This document shows, piece by piece, positions 31,714 through 41,605 of a stretch of 64,000 nucleotides of DNA (the first letter of the stretch is position 1; each line of letters starts with the position of its first letter). A model generated the notes under the pieces. It ran no database searches. It was not told the DNA's origin and was given only the letters and a program-made list of their open reading frames with translations. Source of the stretch: Spirochaetia bacterium (GTDB lineage: Bacteria; Spirochaetota; Spirochaetia; SZUA-6; Bin103); the NCBI GenBank assembly GCA_965203055.1, contig OZ241863.1, forward strand, positions 4,128,001-4,192,000. The letters are read 5' to 3'. Position numbers and translations under genes: made by a program.

Positions 31714-33836
31714 TATGTCGTGGTCTTGCCCCAGCGGTGCTGTATGTGCTTGACCGCCTCATCGACGGGAAGCGCGCGGGTCGCGTTGCCGGTTCGCAAG
31801 TAGAAGACCGCCGTCTTCTGGTCGTCCACGTAGATTGGATAGTCGCTTGGCTCGACGGTGATCTGACAGACATCCTCACCGTCGATCTCATGGAAGGTTA
31901 CGGTAAGGAATACCGACGCCGCTTCGCCCAGGTCGCGCGCGACAAGCTGCCGCAAGTGAAGCTCGAAACCGTCGCGGTCCTTCTTGTGGAGCGTGCCATA
32001 GTCCGCCGCGAGACCGATCACGGCGCCGCCGTCGTCAACGCCGATCAGCAGGGTACCGCCTTTGGTGTTGAGGAAGCCGGCCAGCGTCTTCATGACCACC
32101 TTTTCGAGCAGCTTGTTGGTCTTGCTCTCACGCAGATCCCAGCGGAGACTCGACTTGAACTCAACCCTGTCGCTCTCGCCCCCGTCGATCAGGCGGCGGA
32201 CCGTCTGTTCGTCGATGCCGTCCGGCTCCTCGGTGACCCAACCGGCAATGAACTCGTTCATCGCTTGCGCCAGGAGACGCCTGCGATTGGCGAGGAAGTC
32301 CCGGTAATGCTCCGGCTTCCAGAGACGTTGGTCCATCGGCACCGACTGCGCCCGCAGCGCTCCCGGCTGGTATTTCTCGATAGTCGGCAGGTATTCGGCC
32401 GGCGAGGAACGGCGGACATCGAGACTGGCTCGCTGCGTCAGAACTACGCGGTTCGCCACCTCATTGATGATCTTGCGATCGCGCACGCTGTCGAATCCGG
32501 CGCTCTTCAGCACCGCCCGACCGAATATGTAGTGGCGTTCGGGTTTGGGTCCGACCTCGCGCCCTTCGGCCTTGTCGTAGATGCGGATGCCGGTAAACCA
32601 GTCCCTGGCGTCGCGGGCGCGGGCGGCGATGCGGCTCAGGCGTCCGACCGCCGAAGCGGTACCGTGCTCGGCCAGATCGGGCGCTTCCAGGATGAGGCGC
32701 CCGCGCTCCCGCAGAATCGCTTCTTCAAGCTCATGGGTGGGATCGAGATCGCGTCCGGTCACCAGCGCGACGTCCTGTTGGAGCTTGGTCAAGGCGGCGC
32801 CCGAATAGCGCGCCCAGAGCCCCGCAAGATTGAGCCAGCGAATGAAGCGGCGCTTGATGGCGTCGGTCGGAAAGTGCCCGCCGCGGCGCGCGAGATAGAT
32901 GGTGGCCGGAATCAGCACGTAGTGCGTCTGCAGGTCGTTGAGCTCGCCGATGAATGCTTCGTGGCGCAGGACGCTCACCAGGTGCTCGAACGCGGGCTTC
33001 ATCTGGCCCCATGCCGCCTGCAGCGCTTCAGCCGGCGTCCGGGTGAACGAACCTTCGAGCAGCACCGAGCCGGTGGCCAATCCCGCCAGGCAGCGCACCA
33101 GGAAGCCGAAGTCCATGCCGAATCCGGCGGCGGCCATCCGCTTGTGGAAGGCGCGCATCTCCTCCCGCGCCTCCGGCCAGATGCTGCACACGTGGGCCAG
33201 AGCAAGATCGGCCGAGGTGAGCGAGGTCCCGGCGCTGTTGACCCGATTGAAGATCTCCACCACCTGTTCGGGGCTGACGTCGTCGCCGGAGACCTGATCG
33301 ACCGTGTAGGTATAGCCGCCGATCTGACTGAGCCTGCTCAGGCGGCCCAGATTGCCAAGAATGACCCGGCGGCGGCCGTCATCGAGCTGGTCGCCGCGTT
33401 CGAGCAGAGACTCCAGCCCCTCGCTCAGAAACTCGTGGACGCCGATCCACGCCGGATTGTGCTCCATGCGCGACTTCTGCCAGAAGCGGAACTCCTCGGT
33501 CTGGGCATTGAAGTAGAGATCGAAGAACAGCGATTCTCCTTCGTAGAATCGGGGCGCTTCGCCCTTGAACAGCACGTAGAGCGTGGTCAGGCGTTGCTGT
33601 CCGTCGAGCAGCAGCAGGGAGTGGCCGTCGCGCGCCGTCTCGCCGTCGCGTACCGCCGCCGGCTTGTAGGTGCGCCAGATCAGCAGATGGCCGGTCGGAT
33701 GCTTTCGATAGAGCGACTGGACCAGCCCGCGCACCTGATCGCGGTTCCAGACGTAGCCGCGCTGGAACTCCGGCAGCAGAATCTCACCGCGACCGATCTG
33801 ATCCAGCAGTTCGCGGATCGACTTCACTTCATGCAT
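31713..33836 (-). CDS. GmrSD-like (DUF262) protein fused to C-terminal Schlafen/AlbA_2 domain
   Basis: DUF262 motifs LPEFQRGYVW, LLDGQQRLTTL and IFNRVNSAG. Degenerate DUF1524 region (ERHYIFG...VANRVVL). Schlafen motifs ESDRVEFKSS, AGFLNTKGGTLLIGVDD and YLRTG. Confidence 0.85.
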   Translation of the reverse strand: MHEVKSIRELLDQIGRGEILLPEFQRGYVWNRDQVRGLVQSLYRKHPTGHLLIWRTYKPAAVRDGETARDGHSLLLLDGQQRLTTLYVLFKGEAPRFYEGESLFFDLYFNAQTEEFRFWQKSRMEHNPAWIGVHEFLSEGLESLLERGDQLDDGRRRVILGNLGRLSRLSQIGGYTYTVDQVSGDDVSPEQVVEIFNRVNSAGTSLTSADLALAHVCSIWPEAREEMRAFHKRMAAAGFGMDFGFLVRCLAGLATGSVLLEGSFTRTPAEALQAAWGQMKPAFEHLVSVLRHEAFIGELNDLQTHYVLIPATIYLARRGGHFPTDAIKRRFIRWLNLAGLWARYSGAALTKLQQDVALVTGRDLDPTHELEEAILRERGRLILEAPDLAEHGTASAVGRLSRIAARARDARDWFTGIRIYDKAEGREVGPKPERHYIFGRAVLKSAGFDSVRDRKIINEVANRVVLTQRASLDVRRSSPAEYLPTIEKYQPGALRAQSVPMDQRLWKPEHYRDFLANRRRLLAQAMNEFIAGWVTEEPDGIDEQTVRRLIDGGESDRVEFKSSLRWDLRESKTNKLLEKVVMKTLAGFLNTKGGTLLIGVDDGGAVIGLAADYGTLHKKDRDGFELHLRQLVARDLGEAASVFLTVTFHEIDGEDVCQITVEPSDYPIYVDDQKTAVFYLRTGNATRALPVDEAVKHIQHRWGKTTT

Positions 33837-33845
33837 GCGCGCATC

Positions 33846-36791
33846 CTACCTTGACCTTGGGGCGGCCAACAGCATGGCGTCGAGCAGGCGCTTCTCGCGG
33901 GCGCCGCGCGGGTAGAGCGCCGACAGGGCGTTGGCCAGGCGCAGGAAGTCGGGGCCGCGCTCGTGCTCGGCCTTGAGCAGCGCGCGCAACGCGTTGGCGT
34001 GGCCGTTCGCCTGCAGCAGCATGGCGGCGTGCACGCGGTCGAGCGTGGTGGCCGCCACCGCCCGCAGCTCGACGTCGCCGTCCAGGATGCCCGCCCGGCG
34101 GCGCTTGCGGCCGCCGGCCCGGGGCGCGCGGTCCCACTCCGGGAACAGCGAGCGCTGCAGGCCGGCGGCCGGGTCGGCCTCGATCCAGTCGGCGGCGGCC
34201 CCGGCGCCGGCGTCGCCCAACAGGTCCTTGGCGCGCTCGGCCACCGGCAGCAGCCGCACCGTGCCCTTGGCCTGGGCGATGACGCGGCCGGTCCAGCGCC
34301 CCAGGTCGATGCCCATCGGCTGCGCGAAGCGGCGCACCACGTCGAACGGCAGGTTGAGGCTTTGGGCGCCCGCGTCTTCCTCGTCTCCCTCGTCGTCGCC
34401 CGCGCCGCGGCCATCGCCGCTGGCGTCGGTGGTCTGCAGCGTCCAGAGGAACAGCGCCGTGAGGCGCGCGTCTTCTTCCAGCGCGCCGGTCATGCCGTTG
34501 CGGGCGCGGGCTTCGGCGGCGCCGAGGACGGTTTCGAGGGCGGCGCGGCCGACCACCTCCCACACCTTTTCCAGGTACTCCGGCAGGCTGACCGTGCGCC
34601 CGGCGGCGGTCTCGACCGCGCGGTAGCGGCTGTAGAGTTCGAGCGCCGGGCCGATGCAGGCGAACACAAGGTCGGCGCCGCGCACGCCCTCGCCCTGCAG
34701 GCGCGCCATCCACTCGGCGACGCGCACCGGCAGCGCGCTCAGCACGTCGGCCCAATCGCCGACCGGCGCGTTGGCCGGCCGCGGCCGGCAGATCAGGTGA
34801 ATGCTGGTGGCCAGCGCGGCGGAATCGCGCGCCCTGAGGCGGTGGGCCTGCTCGGTCGCCACGGGCCAAGAACCAGTAATAGTCCATCCGCCGCGTGTAA
34901 TCCCGGCCAAAAGCGCTTCCCAACCTTCAGTGGTCTTGTGAGCAAAGACAACAGATGCAACGCCGTCTTCTCGTGTCACCCGCTTCCCCTCAGAGAATGC
35001 TTGCGCCATCGCGCTTTCAAAGAACTTTCTATCCTTGATACGTCCGTCGGCGGTCTTTGTTTCGTCATGAACCGCTTCTAAATGCTTTGGCGTCAGTCTG
35101 TTACTGGCATCGAACGGATCGCGGTGAATGTGTTCTGGAATAATGCGGCGATACCAAGTGAAGAAAAAATCGGAGAGATCAGAATACGGGATAGCGTCAT
35201 AGTAGGGAGGATCCGTGAACCACACAGCGGCTGCTTCGGTGGGCAGCGGTGATTGCTGTGCGGCGGCGAGTTCGGACTGCCCAACCAAGGGAATCCTTGT
35301 CACAGACGTAATTCCACTCGCGAGATTTTCTACACAAGTCCCGAAGCCACCGCTTGCCTGTGACGTGGCGACACCTTCAGCATAGTCCCATGCAGGCTTC
35401 AGGCGACCATTTGACATTACATTTCGAGGGCACTCTGCTATAGGTTCCCAGGGACAGACTGCGTTTGCCAAATCCGCGAGTTTGCCTATCGATAGTGATA
35501 GCGGTCGATTTAGTCGCTCTGCGATACGCATACTATTCCCAAGCGTGACTAGCGCCATCTTCTGCCTAGCGGAGAAGAGGTCGGCCCAGCGGAGCATGCC
35601 GTAGCGCTGCACGCGGAATCCCAGCGTGCCGATCGGCGGCAGCGGTTCGTCCGGCACTGGGCACAGTCCCTGCTTGCCGCCGCGCTCCCACTCGCCCAGC
35701 AGCGCCGCCAGCCGCTCCTGCGCCCGCCGCACTGCCGTGTAGTCCGCTTCCTCCGCCAACCGGTAGTGCCTCCCCGGCGCATCCGCCCGCAGCGTCACCA
35801 CCGCCGTCAGACGCGCGCCGCCCGTCCGCCGGCCCTCCGCGTCGAACACTGCATCGGCGCCTCCGCGCTGCGCCGCAAGCTGCGCCCGCACCCGCTCCGG
35901 CGCCAGCACCGCGCCGCAGCACAGGCACGCCGCCCGCGCCCGGGCCACCGTACCGCCCGGCACCTCCCCGTCCGCCGCCGGCGTGAACACCTCGAACCGC
36001 ACCACCGGCGGCCCCTCCGGCCGGCGCTCCACCCGATAGCGCAGCGCCCGCTTGCGCTTCGGCTTGCGGCACAGCCAGAACGAGCGCAGCAGCGGCAGCT
36101 CCGCCCCGCACTGCGGCGCCTCGCAACGCACCGTGCGCGCCCACAGGTAGGCGATCGGCGTGGCTCCGTCGGGGTCGGCCGGGTACATGTCGGCCAACTC
36201 CCGCGCCGCCGCGGCCCGTATCTCGCCGCTGGCCCGGCGCAGTTCGGCCGCCAGCCCGGGACCGTGCCGAGGGATATCCTCCAGCATCACCTTGAGGATC
36301 AGGCAGGCCACCGGGTTCAGGTCGCTGGCGAACGCCTCGCAGCCGAGCCGCAGCGCCTCCAGCGGGATCGAACCGCCGCCGGCGAACGGATCGACCACCA
36401 ACGGCGCCTCCTCGCCATGCGCGGCCCGCACCAGCTCGCGGCCGACGCGCAGATAGGTCGGGTGGGCCGCCAGGTCCCAGTTGGCGAACGCGCCGATGAA
36501 CCACAGCAGCGCGGCGCGCAGCTCGGCGTCATCCGCCGGCGGCTGCCGCACCGCGCCCAGGATGGCGCGCGCCTGCCGCTTGAAGGCGTCAGGGCAGTGC
36601 GGGTCGAGCGGATCGGGCAGCAGCAGGGCCAGCAGCACGGCGCGCGACGAGGCGAGCGGGCGCCGCGCCCACCAGAGATGGAGCGTGGACGGATGCCCGT
36701 GGCGGATCGACTTCTCCCGCGCCGCGTGCCGGGACACCTCGGCGATCGGAAAGTCGACCTCGGCCAGCCGCCGGCACGCTCGGGGAATCAC
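33846..36791 (-). CDS. DUF1156 family adenine DNA methyltransferase
   Basis: HPSTLHLWWARRPLA, motif I DPFAGGGSIP, zinc-finger-like CxxxxC/CxxC, motif IV FTDPPYY, FAHKTTEGWE. Confidence 0.92.
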   Translation of the reverse strand: MIPRACRRLAEVDFPIAEVSRHAAREKSIRHGHPSTLHLWWARRPLASSRAVLLALLLPDPLDPHCPDAFKRQARAILGAVRQPPADDAELRAALLWFIGAFANWDLAAHPTYLRVGRELVRAAHGEEAPLVVDPFAGGGSIPLEALRLGCEAFASDLNPVACLILKVMLEDIPRHGPGLAAELRRASGEIRAAAARELADMYPADPDGATPIAYLWARTVRCEAPQCGAELPLLRSFWLCRKPKRKRALRYRVERRPEGPPVVRFEVFTPAADGEVPGGTVARARAACLCCGAVLAPERVRAQLAAQRGGADAVFDAEGRRTGGARLTAVVTLRADAPGRHYRLAEEADYTAVRRAQERLAALLGEWERGGKQGLCPVPDEPLPPIGTLGFRVQRYGMLRWADLFSARQKMALVTLGNSMRIAERLNRPLSLSIGKLADLANAVCPWEPIAECPRNVMSNGRLKPAWDYAEGVATSQASGGFGTCVENLASGITSVTRIPLVGQSELAAAQQSPLPTEAAAVWFTDPPYYDAIPYSDLSDFFFTWYRRIIPEHIHRDPFDASNRLTPKHLEAVHDETKTADGRIKDRKFFESAMAQAFSEGKRVTREDGVASVVFAHKTTEGWEALLAGITRGGWTITGSWPVATEQAHRLRARDSAALATSIHLICRPRPANAPVGDWADVLSALPVRVAEWMARLQGEGVRGADLVFACIGPALELYSRYRAVETAAGRTVSLPEYLEKVWEVVGRAALETVLGAAEARARNGMTGALEEDARLTALFLWTLQTTDASGDGRGAGDDEGDEEDAGAQSLNLPFDVVRRFAQPMGIDLGRWTGRVIAQAKGTVRLLPVAERAKDLLGDAGAGAAADWIEADPAAGLQRSLFPEWDRAPRAGGRKRRRAGILDGDVELRAVAATTLDRVHAAMLLQANGHANALRALLKAEHERGPDFLRLANALSALYPRGAREKRLLDAMLLAAPRSR

Positions 36792-36806
36792 GATAGAATA
36801 CGCCGC

Positions 36807-37892
36807 TCAACCAACGGATTGATCGCTAACCAGACGGCCGATCTCACCAACAGGAAGATCGACGGAATATAACCGGCGAACACCCGAAGTATACCTGTCC
36901 GGCTGAGTGAACTTGCGGGGTGTAGGGTATACGATCTGAACGTCATAGAGCACCGCTCGAAGTATCCCGACCGCCACGGCTTGCATCTTGCTGCCTGTAG
37001 GAGCAACCAAAATCCTATCAAACATGCTCCTATCCCTGTATATGTCAAGCAACACCTTCAACGTGTCCGTGTAATCGAGTGTGCTTGACTCAAAATACCC
37101 ATGACTACCTACAAAAGCGGATATTATCGACCTGTTCAGCCTCTGAATAGCCTCCTTACGCCATCTGTTCACTAAGGCAGGCCGTATGCCGTAAACGAGA
37201 TCAGTATAGGTAGGCTGCAACTCTTCAACCAAATTCTTGAGTTGAATAGGATCGAACGATGGAAATGCAACCAATCTGATTTCCGCACCTAGCATTGCAA
37301 CTGACGAAAGCGCGGCGTCAGTCGCGACTTCGAAAATACCAGACGACATATAGCTTAGCGAGGTAACACTACCCGTCCTAAAGCTACTGTGCAGGTCATT
37401 CTCAACCTGATCCTCAGTAGGAGAATAGGCTCTCGCTTCGGAGTAAAGTAACACCATCGGTATTGGTTGTCTATGAGTGGTACCAAGTAACGCTACAATA
37501 ATTTGAACGATGAGAAGCCGCGACATGCCGGATATATCAACAAATACCCGATCAAATCCACCTATCAAGTTCGCAACTTCACTTCCGATCCCTGATGGAT
37601 TTTCACGGTCATAGACAACATCCATAGTCCCTATATCGCACCTCTGACAAATCTCGCGAATATCATCATCAAGATTCTCAGGATAGTACGGCCGATAGGT
37701 AATAAGAATGAGTTTAAAGTCATGGAATCCATGGTGGCAAACCCGCCGCAATGCCTCAACGGACCGATCCTCAAAGCCGGCACACACAATAAGGCAGTCC
37801 CCACCATGAACTGGCGGAAAATCAATAGCCCGTGGCTCGGGCCATTGGATATTTCCTAGCTGCTCGTCTAACCTTAATAGCTCAATCACCAT
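36807..37892 (-). CDS. Uncharacterised 361-aa protein, possibly tandem CARF-like Rossmann folds
   Basis: Intact low-GC ORF with repeated beta-alpha units (LIVCAGFEDRS, VFVDISGMSR, LVAFPSFD, ILVAPTGSKMQAV). The fold assignment is inference. Confidence 0.55.
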   Translation of the reverse strand: MVIELLRLDEQLGNIQWPEPRAIDFPPVHGGDCLIVCAGFEDRSVEALRRVCHHGFHDFKLILITYRPYYPENLDDDIREICQRCDIGTMDVVYDRENPSGIGSEVANLIGGFDRVFVDISGMSRLLIVQIIVALLGTTHRQPIPMVLLYSEARAYSPTEDQVENDLHSSFRTGSVTSLSYMSSGIFEVATDAALSSVAMLGAEIRLVAFPSFDPIQLKNLVEELQPTYTDLVYGIRPALVNRWRKEAIQRLNRSIISAFVGSHGYFESSTLDYTDTLKVLLDIYRDRSMFDRILVAPTGSKMQAVAVGILRAVLYDVQIVYPTPRKFTQPDRYTSGVRRLYSVDLPVGEIGRLVSDQSVG

Positions 37893-37901
37893 ACGACCCG
37901 A

Positions 37902-40391
37902 TCATAAAGGTAAAACCTTCTGCTTTCCGTCGCTAGAACTAGAGTCGTCTTCAGACTGTGACCTAATCCTCATACTACTCTCAAACTCCGTTGGAAAACG
38001 CAACATCTTTTCAAGCTGATAACCCTCCAACTGTATCGAATCTCGTCGGCTAAAAGTAAGAAGAAAGTGGGGAATGAGATACCTTCTAAGGTAATAGCGG
38101 GGCACGGCTTTACCACGCCTACTCTTTCCACGTGGATCTTCAATAAACACTGAGTAGCGCAGTAATTCATGAAGAACTTCGCTAGCCTCGTCGGACAGTC
38201 GCAACTCGTCATATGGCTCGATTCGTGACGCTTGGTGGGGTGGAGTCGAATTTCTATTCTTCGACTTTTTGTGTAAAAGATAGGAATGAGCGACGTTCCC
38301 AAAAGCTGTGATAATATCTGCCAAATGCGGGCCTCTCCCAGGCAACGTACGTATGGACTCCACAAACTCCCCAGCAGCAGCACGTATCGACGCGTTCTGA
38401 GTGCGGACTGGTATTCGAGGGGCGCTAATCGATTTCGCAAGCGCGGTCTCGCCACCGTAGTCTTCGACCATCTTACTAACAAGGCGAATGATATAGTGAA
38501 TATCGCCGCTACACATTGCCGAGATAGTCTCACAGCCAGCAAAGTAGGGTCGTTCCCTGCCAGACTTGTTGTCCACGATAATGCGGCGAGCAATGGCGCT
38601 CTTACTCCCCGTATCATTGCCTAGAAGGTCACGCAAATTGAGAACGGGGTAATGCTCCACTTCACGGAATCTACGGCTGAATAGGTCCTCTATGAACTCC
38701 TGCCTCTTTTTGGATGCGTCTGTAAGATACCGTAGGCCGAGATTCAAAAGCTCGAATTCTCTGGACTCGACATATTTCTTACCGTCAATGTCTTGCCGAG
38801 AAAACGACACTGGACTCTCGGTGGATATTTTGAAGAATACGTCGGCACTACGATACATCAAAAGTCGATTGAGGTTTGCCTGTAATTCGCCGGTAATTTT
38901 TGGCTCCGAGTAATCGTCGATAAAGAAGTAGATCGGTCTGTCTTCCAAAAAAGAAAGGCAATGTCTGACTATCTCGCAGGCCCGTATCAAGTGGCTCGGC
39001 TCAAATAACGGACGGTCTATACGCATGGTACGGCGCATACGCACAGCGCTCTGCCTTTCTCGGCTCTTTAGTCGTCCAATCAACGCCGATAGCGTATCTC
39101 CGCCGGGATGCCTGGACGGCGTCAATTCAAAAAGACTCCATAACTCAGCAGCAAGCCGACGCTGGCAATTTGTAAACTCGTCTTGAAAATACCGCTGAGC
39201 CCAGGCCAAGATGTCCTCAAGCATTGTTGCGACCAAGGTGGCGACCAAATAGTGCATTGGAATGTCAAATCCGTCGGTTCTATCAGGGAGCCTATAGCGT
39301 GGAAACGCGAAATAGAGATCGTCACATCGATAATATATGCCGACAAATCGTATGTCGTGCGGGCGATCGTCTTGAATCGAAGTCAGATATTCGAGACTCA
39401 AAGCACGAAACACCGTCGTCTTGCCGCATCCCCTTGGTCCAGTCAAGACGAGATTTAAGCGAGCTCGGATTTCTGACAGTCCGAGTAGGCGGTCCGAATA
39501 CAGGCTCTTTAGCAACAAGTGGGAGTTTCCCATTTGCTCACAATTGGGATAATCAAAGGGCGTTACAAGCTTATGGTCTTTATTGACTCTAGTGTTCTCA
39601 CGATAGAGACTACCAATCGAACGGAGCTTACTAACGAGGGCCCGTGGATCGCCAGCTAGTCTATCCGCGGTTGGATCGGTCTCAATCAGATGCCTGCGTA
39701 GAAAATCGTCTCTTAGAACGTTGTATACGTAACGATCGCGGCCGTCACAGCTTCGATAGTCGACGCAATCAAGCAAGGCGCGAAGTGTCTCGGCAAGGAA
39801 TAGGTAGTCGCTTTGGTGTCTTGCTTTGCCGCTAAAGTAGTGGACACCGAAGTCCGTTACACGGAACATACTGCGGGCGTCTATATCGAATTCAGACTGG
39901 GCGACGAGTATGTTTCTGGCGTGAAGGTCGCCATGTGAGTATCGGCGCTGCTGGAGCTCATACAACAGACCGAGCATAGTTCCAAGGAATTGCTCGACAA
40001 AGCCAACGTCGACGGCCGACGAGTGCCTTTTCATATAGGTGCTCAAATCCATACCGTTAACGTAGTCGCATACGAATACCACACCTCGAAAATCAAAATC
40101 TATTGTCTGCTCGGTATACGAAAACACGTCGTGGTATCTGACCACGGCCTGATTCTCTAGCCCGTTGGCCTTTTTTGCTTCGGCCAAATATGCCTCTTGA
40201 TCGTTGCCGTCCTGCGGCAGGTTCTCAGCGGGAACGATTTTGAAGGCTAAGCTGCTTTCTGTTCGACGGTTGTAGGCACGAAACAGGTGGCCGTTGTTTC
40301 CGGAAGCAATGAGTTCCTGGATTACGTAATCAGGAAACCGAGGCATTGTCTTACCGAGGAAGTGGTCTGCATCTGGTAAGTGTTTCCTCAC
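37902..40391 (-). CDS. Ser/Thr protein kinase fused to P-loop (ORC/CDC6- or STAND-like) ATPase
   Basis: Kinase motifs IASGNNG, LAFK, EAK, HGDLHARN and TDFG. ATPase Walker A LTGPRGCGKTT and Walker B YFFIDDY. wHTH-like basic C-terminus. Confidence 0.85.
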   Translation of the reverse strand: MRKHLPDADHFLGKTMPRFPDYVIQELIASGNNGHLFRAYNRRTESSLAFKIVPAENLPQDGNDQEAYLAEAKKANGLENQAVVRYHDVFSYTEQTIDFDFRGVVFVCDYVNGMDLSTYMKRHSSAVDVGFVEQFLGTMLGLLYELQQRRYSHGDLHARNILVAQSEFDIDARSMFRVTDFGVHYFSGKARHQSDYLFLAETLRALLDCVDYRSCDGRDRYVYNVLRDDFLRRHLIETDPTADRLAGDPRALVSKLRSIGSLYRENTRVNKDHKLVTPFDYPNCEQMGNSHLLLKSLYSDRLLGLSEIRARLNLVLTGPRGCGKTTVFRALSLEYLTSIQDDRPHDIRFVGIYYRCDDLYFAFPRYRLPDRTDGFDIPMHYLVATLVATMLEDILAWAQRYFQDEFTNCQRRLAAELWSLFELTPSRHPGGDTLSALIGRLKSRERQSAVRMRRTMRIDRPLFEPSHLIRACEIVRHCLSFLEDRPIYFFIDDYSEPKITGELQANLNRLLMYRSADVFFKISTESPVSFSRQDIDGKKYVESREFELLNLGLRYLTDASKKRQEFIEDLFSRRFREVEHYPVLNLRDLLGNDTGSKSAIARRIIVDNKSGRERPYFAGCETISAMCSGDIHYIIRLVSKMVEDYGGETALAKSISAPRIPVRTQNASIRAAAGEFVESIRTLPGRGPHLADIITAFGNVAHSYLLHKKSKNRNSTPPHQASRIEPYDELRLSDEASEVLHELLRYSVFIEDPRGKSRRGKAVPRYYLRRYLIPHFLLTFSRRDSIQLEGYQLEKMLRFPTEFESSMRIRSQSEDDSSSSDGKQKVLPL

Positions 40392-41605
40392 GCTGAACCA
40401 TTCCGGAAGACTAGTATATTCTCGTGTTTGACTCCGGAAATATGCCTGCGCGAACGTCGGATATCAGGTATCAAATCTTGCGTTATCGATCGAAGTTGAA
40501 ACCCCGGCGCTCGTACGGAAAATATTCGAATAAGTTCGTGAGATGGTGTACGCTCCTTGGATCGGGTAGTCCGGTCACCGACGACGAAGATGCAGTGGCC
40601 TCCCTTCTTTACTTTTTGGACCAACTGTGTTGCAAGAGCTTCGATTGCGCGCTTGAAGCCGTTGAGATTCTTAAGCATGCGGTCCGTTGATATACGTCGG
40701 TTGTCGCCAAGAAACCAAAGTCTTAGGCGATTGTCGCGCTCGTAGTCGAGCGCGTTCATATAGGGCGGGCTTGTGATGACGCAATCAATGTTGTCGGGGA
40801 GAGTTACGTTCTCTACGGTCGAACGGCGGATAGTACTAACGTAATCGCCTAGTGTGGTGCTGGGGGGACGCTTGAAGGCGCGGAGTACTTTTGCACGTAA
40901 TCTTGGTAATACGTCCCGATAGGCATAGAGATCGGAACATGTGTCGCGGGGAAATCGATTTGATCTGAGATACGGTACAAGATGACTGCTCGGGTACGAT
41001 AGAAAGCCAGGTCGTTGGTGATGTAGAATACCAAGTATGGAAGACAGTAGAAAGTAGCTTCGTTGTTCACGTAGTAGTGTAGATATACGAATAGTTTCTT
41101 GCAACGTAAGAGGATGAAAGAAATTCTGAACCCATCGTGGCACATCCGCAAGATCCGGCAACGGTAGAGATTTGGCTTGTGCTAAAAGATGATTCATCTC
41201 GGAGAGTGCCGTTTTTGCATTTTGTGGGGCATGGAGCTTCCCTTTGGTGAGGGTGACGGCATATGCGCTTGCGTCGGAAGCGAACACATTCCGTCCCAGA
41301 AGGGCGGCCTCAAGGGGTACCGTGCCGGAACCACAGAACATGTCTACCACTAGCTGGCCAGGCTCAGTATATGTTTCGATAAGGTCTCTAGCTATTGTAC
41401 TTTTAAGCTTACCGATATATGGGGACAACTGGTGTAGGGTACACTCTTGGTGAGTGCAAGGGGCAGACCAATGGGCCGGAGCAGGTTGGGGGGTGCCAAG
41501 TTCATTTAGTGGTAACTTATGAATGCTATGATGGTTGGTCGTTACGTCTGGCAGGGCGGATTTGCCAGACGCTGTCTGGCAAATCTCCGGTCGCGGGCCG
41601 ATCAT
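40388..41605 (-). CDS. Amino-DNA methyltransferase (alpha order, SPPY; probably m4C)
   Basis: PYIGKL, motif I DMFCGSGT preceding motif IV ITSPPY. True start may lie downstream of 41605. Confidence 0.88.
   Translation of the reverse strand: MIGPRPEICQTASGKSALPDVTTNHHSIHKLPLNELGTPQPAPAHWSAPCTHQECTLHQLSPYIGKLKSTIARDLIETYTEPGQLVVDMFCGSGTVPLEAALLGRNVFASDASAYAVTLTKGKLHAPQNAKTALSEMNHLLAQAKSLPLPDLADVPRWVQNFFHPLTLQETIRISTLLREQRSYFLLSSILGILHHQRPGFLSYPSSHLVPYLRSNRFPRDTCSDLYAYRDVLPRLRAKVLRAFKRPPSTTLGDYVSTIRRSTVENVTLPDNIDCVITSPPYMNALDYERDNRLRLWFLGDNRRISTDRMLKNLNGFKRAIEALATQLVQKVKKGGHCIFVVGDRTTRSKERTPSHELIRIFSVRAPGFQLRSITQDLIPDIRRSRRHISGVKHENILVFRNGSA

Noticed and set aside
38124..38139. CTTTCCACGTGGATCT as a second parS
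   Set aside because: Four mismatches, including the conserved outer bases, and it lies inside a horizontally acquired CDS.
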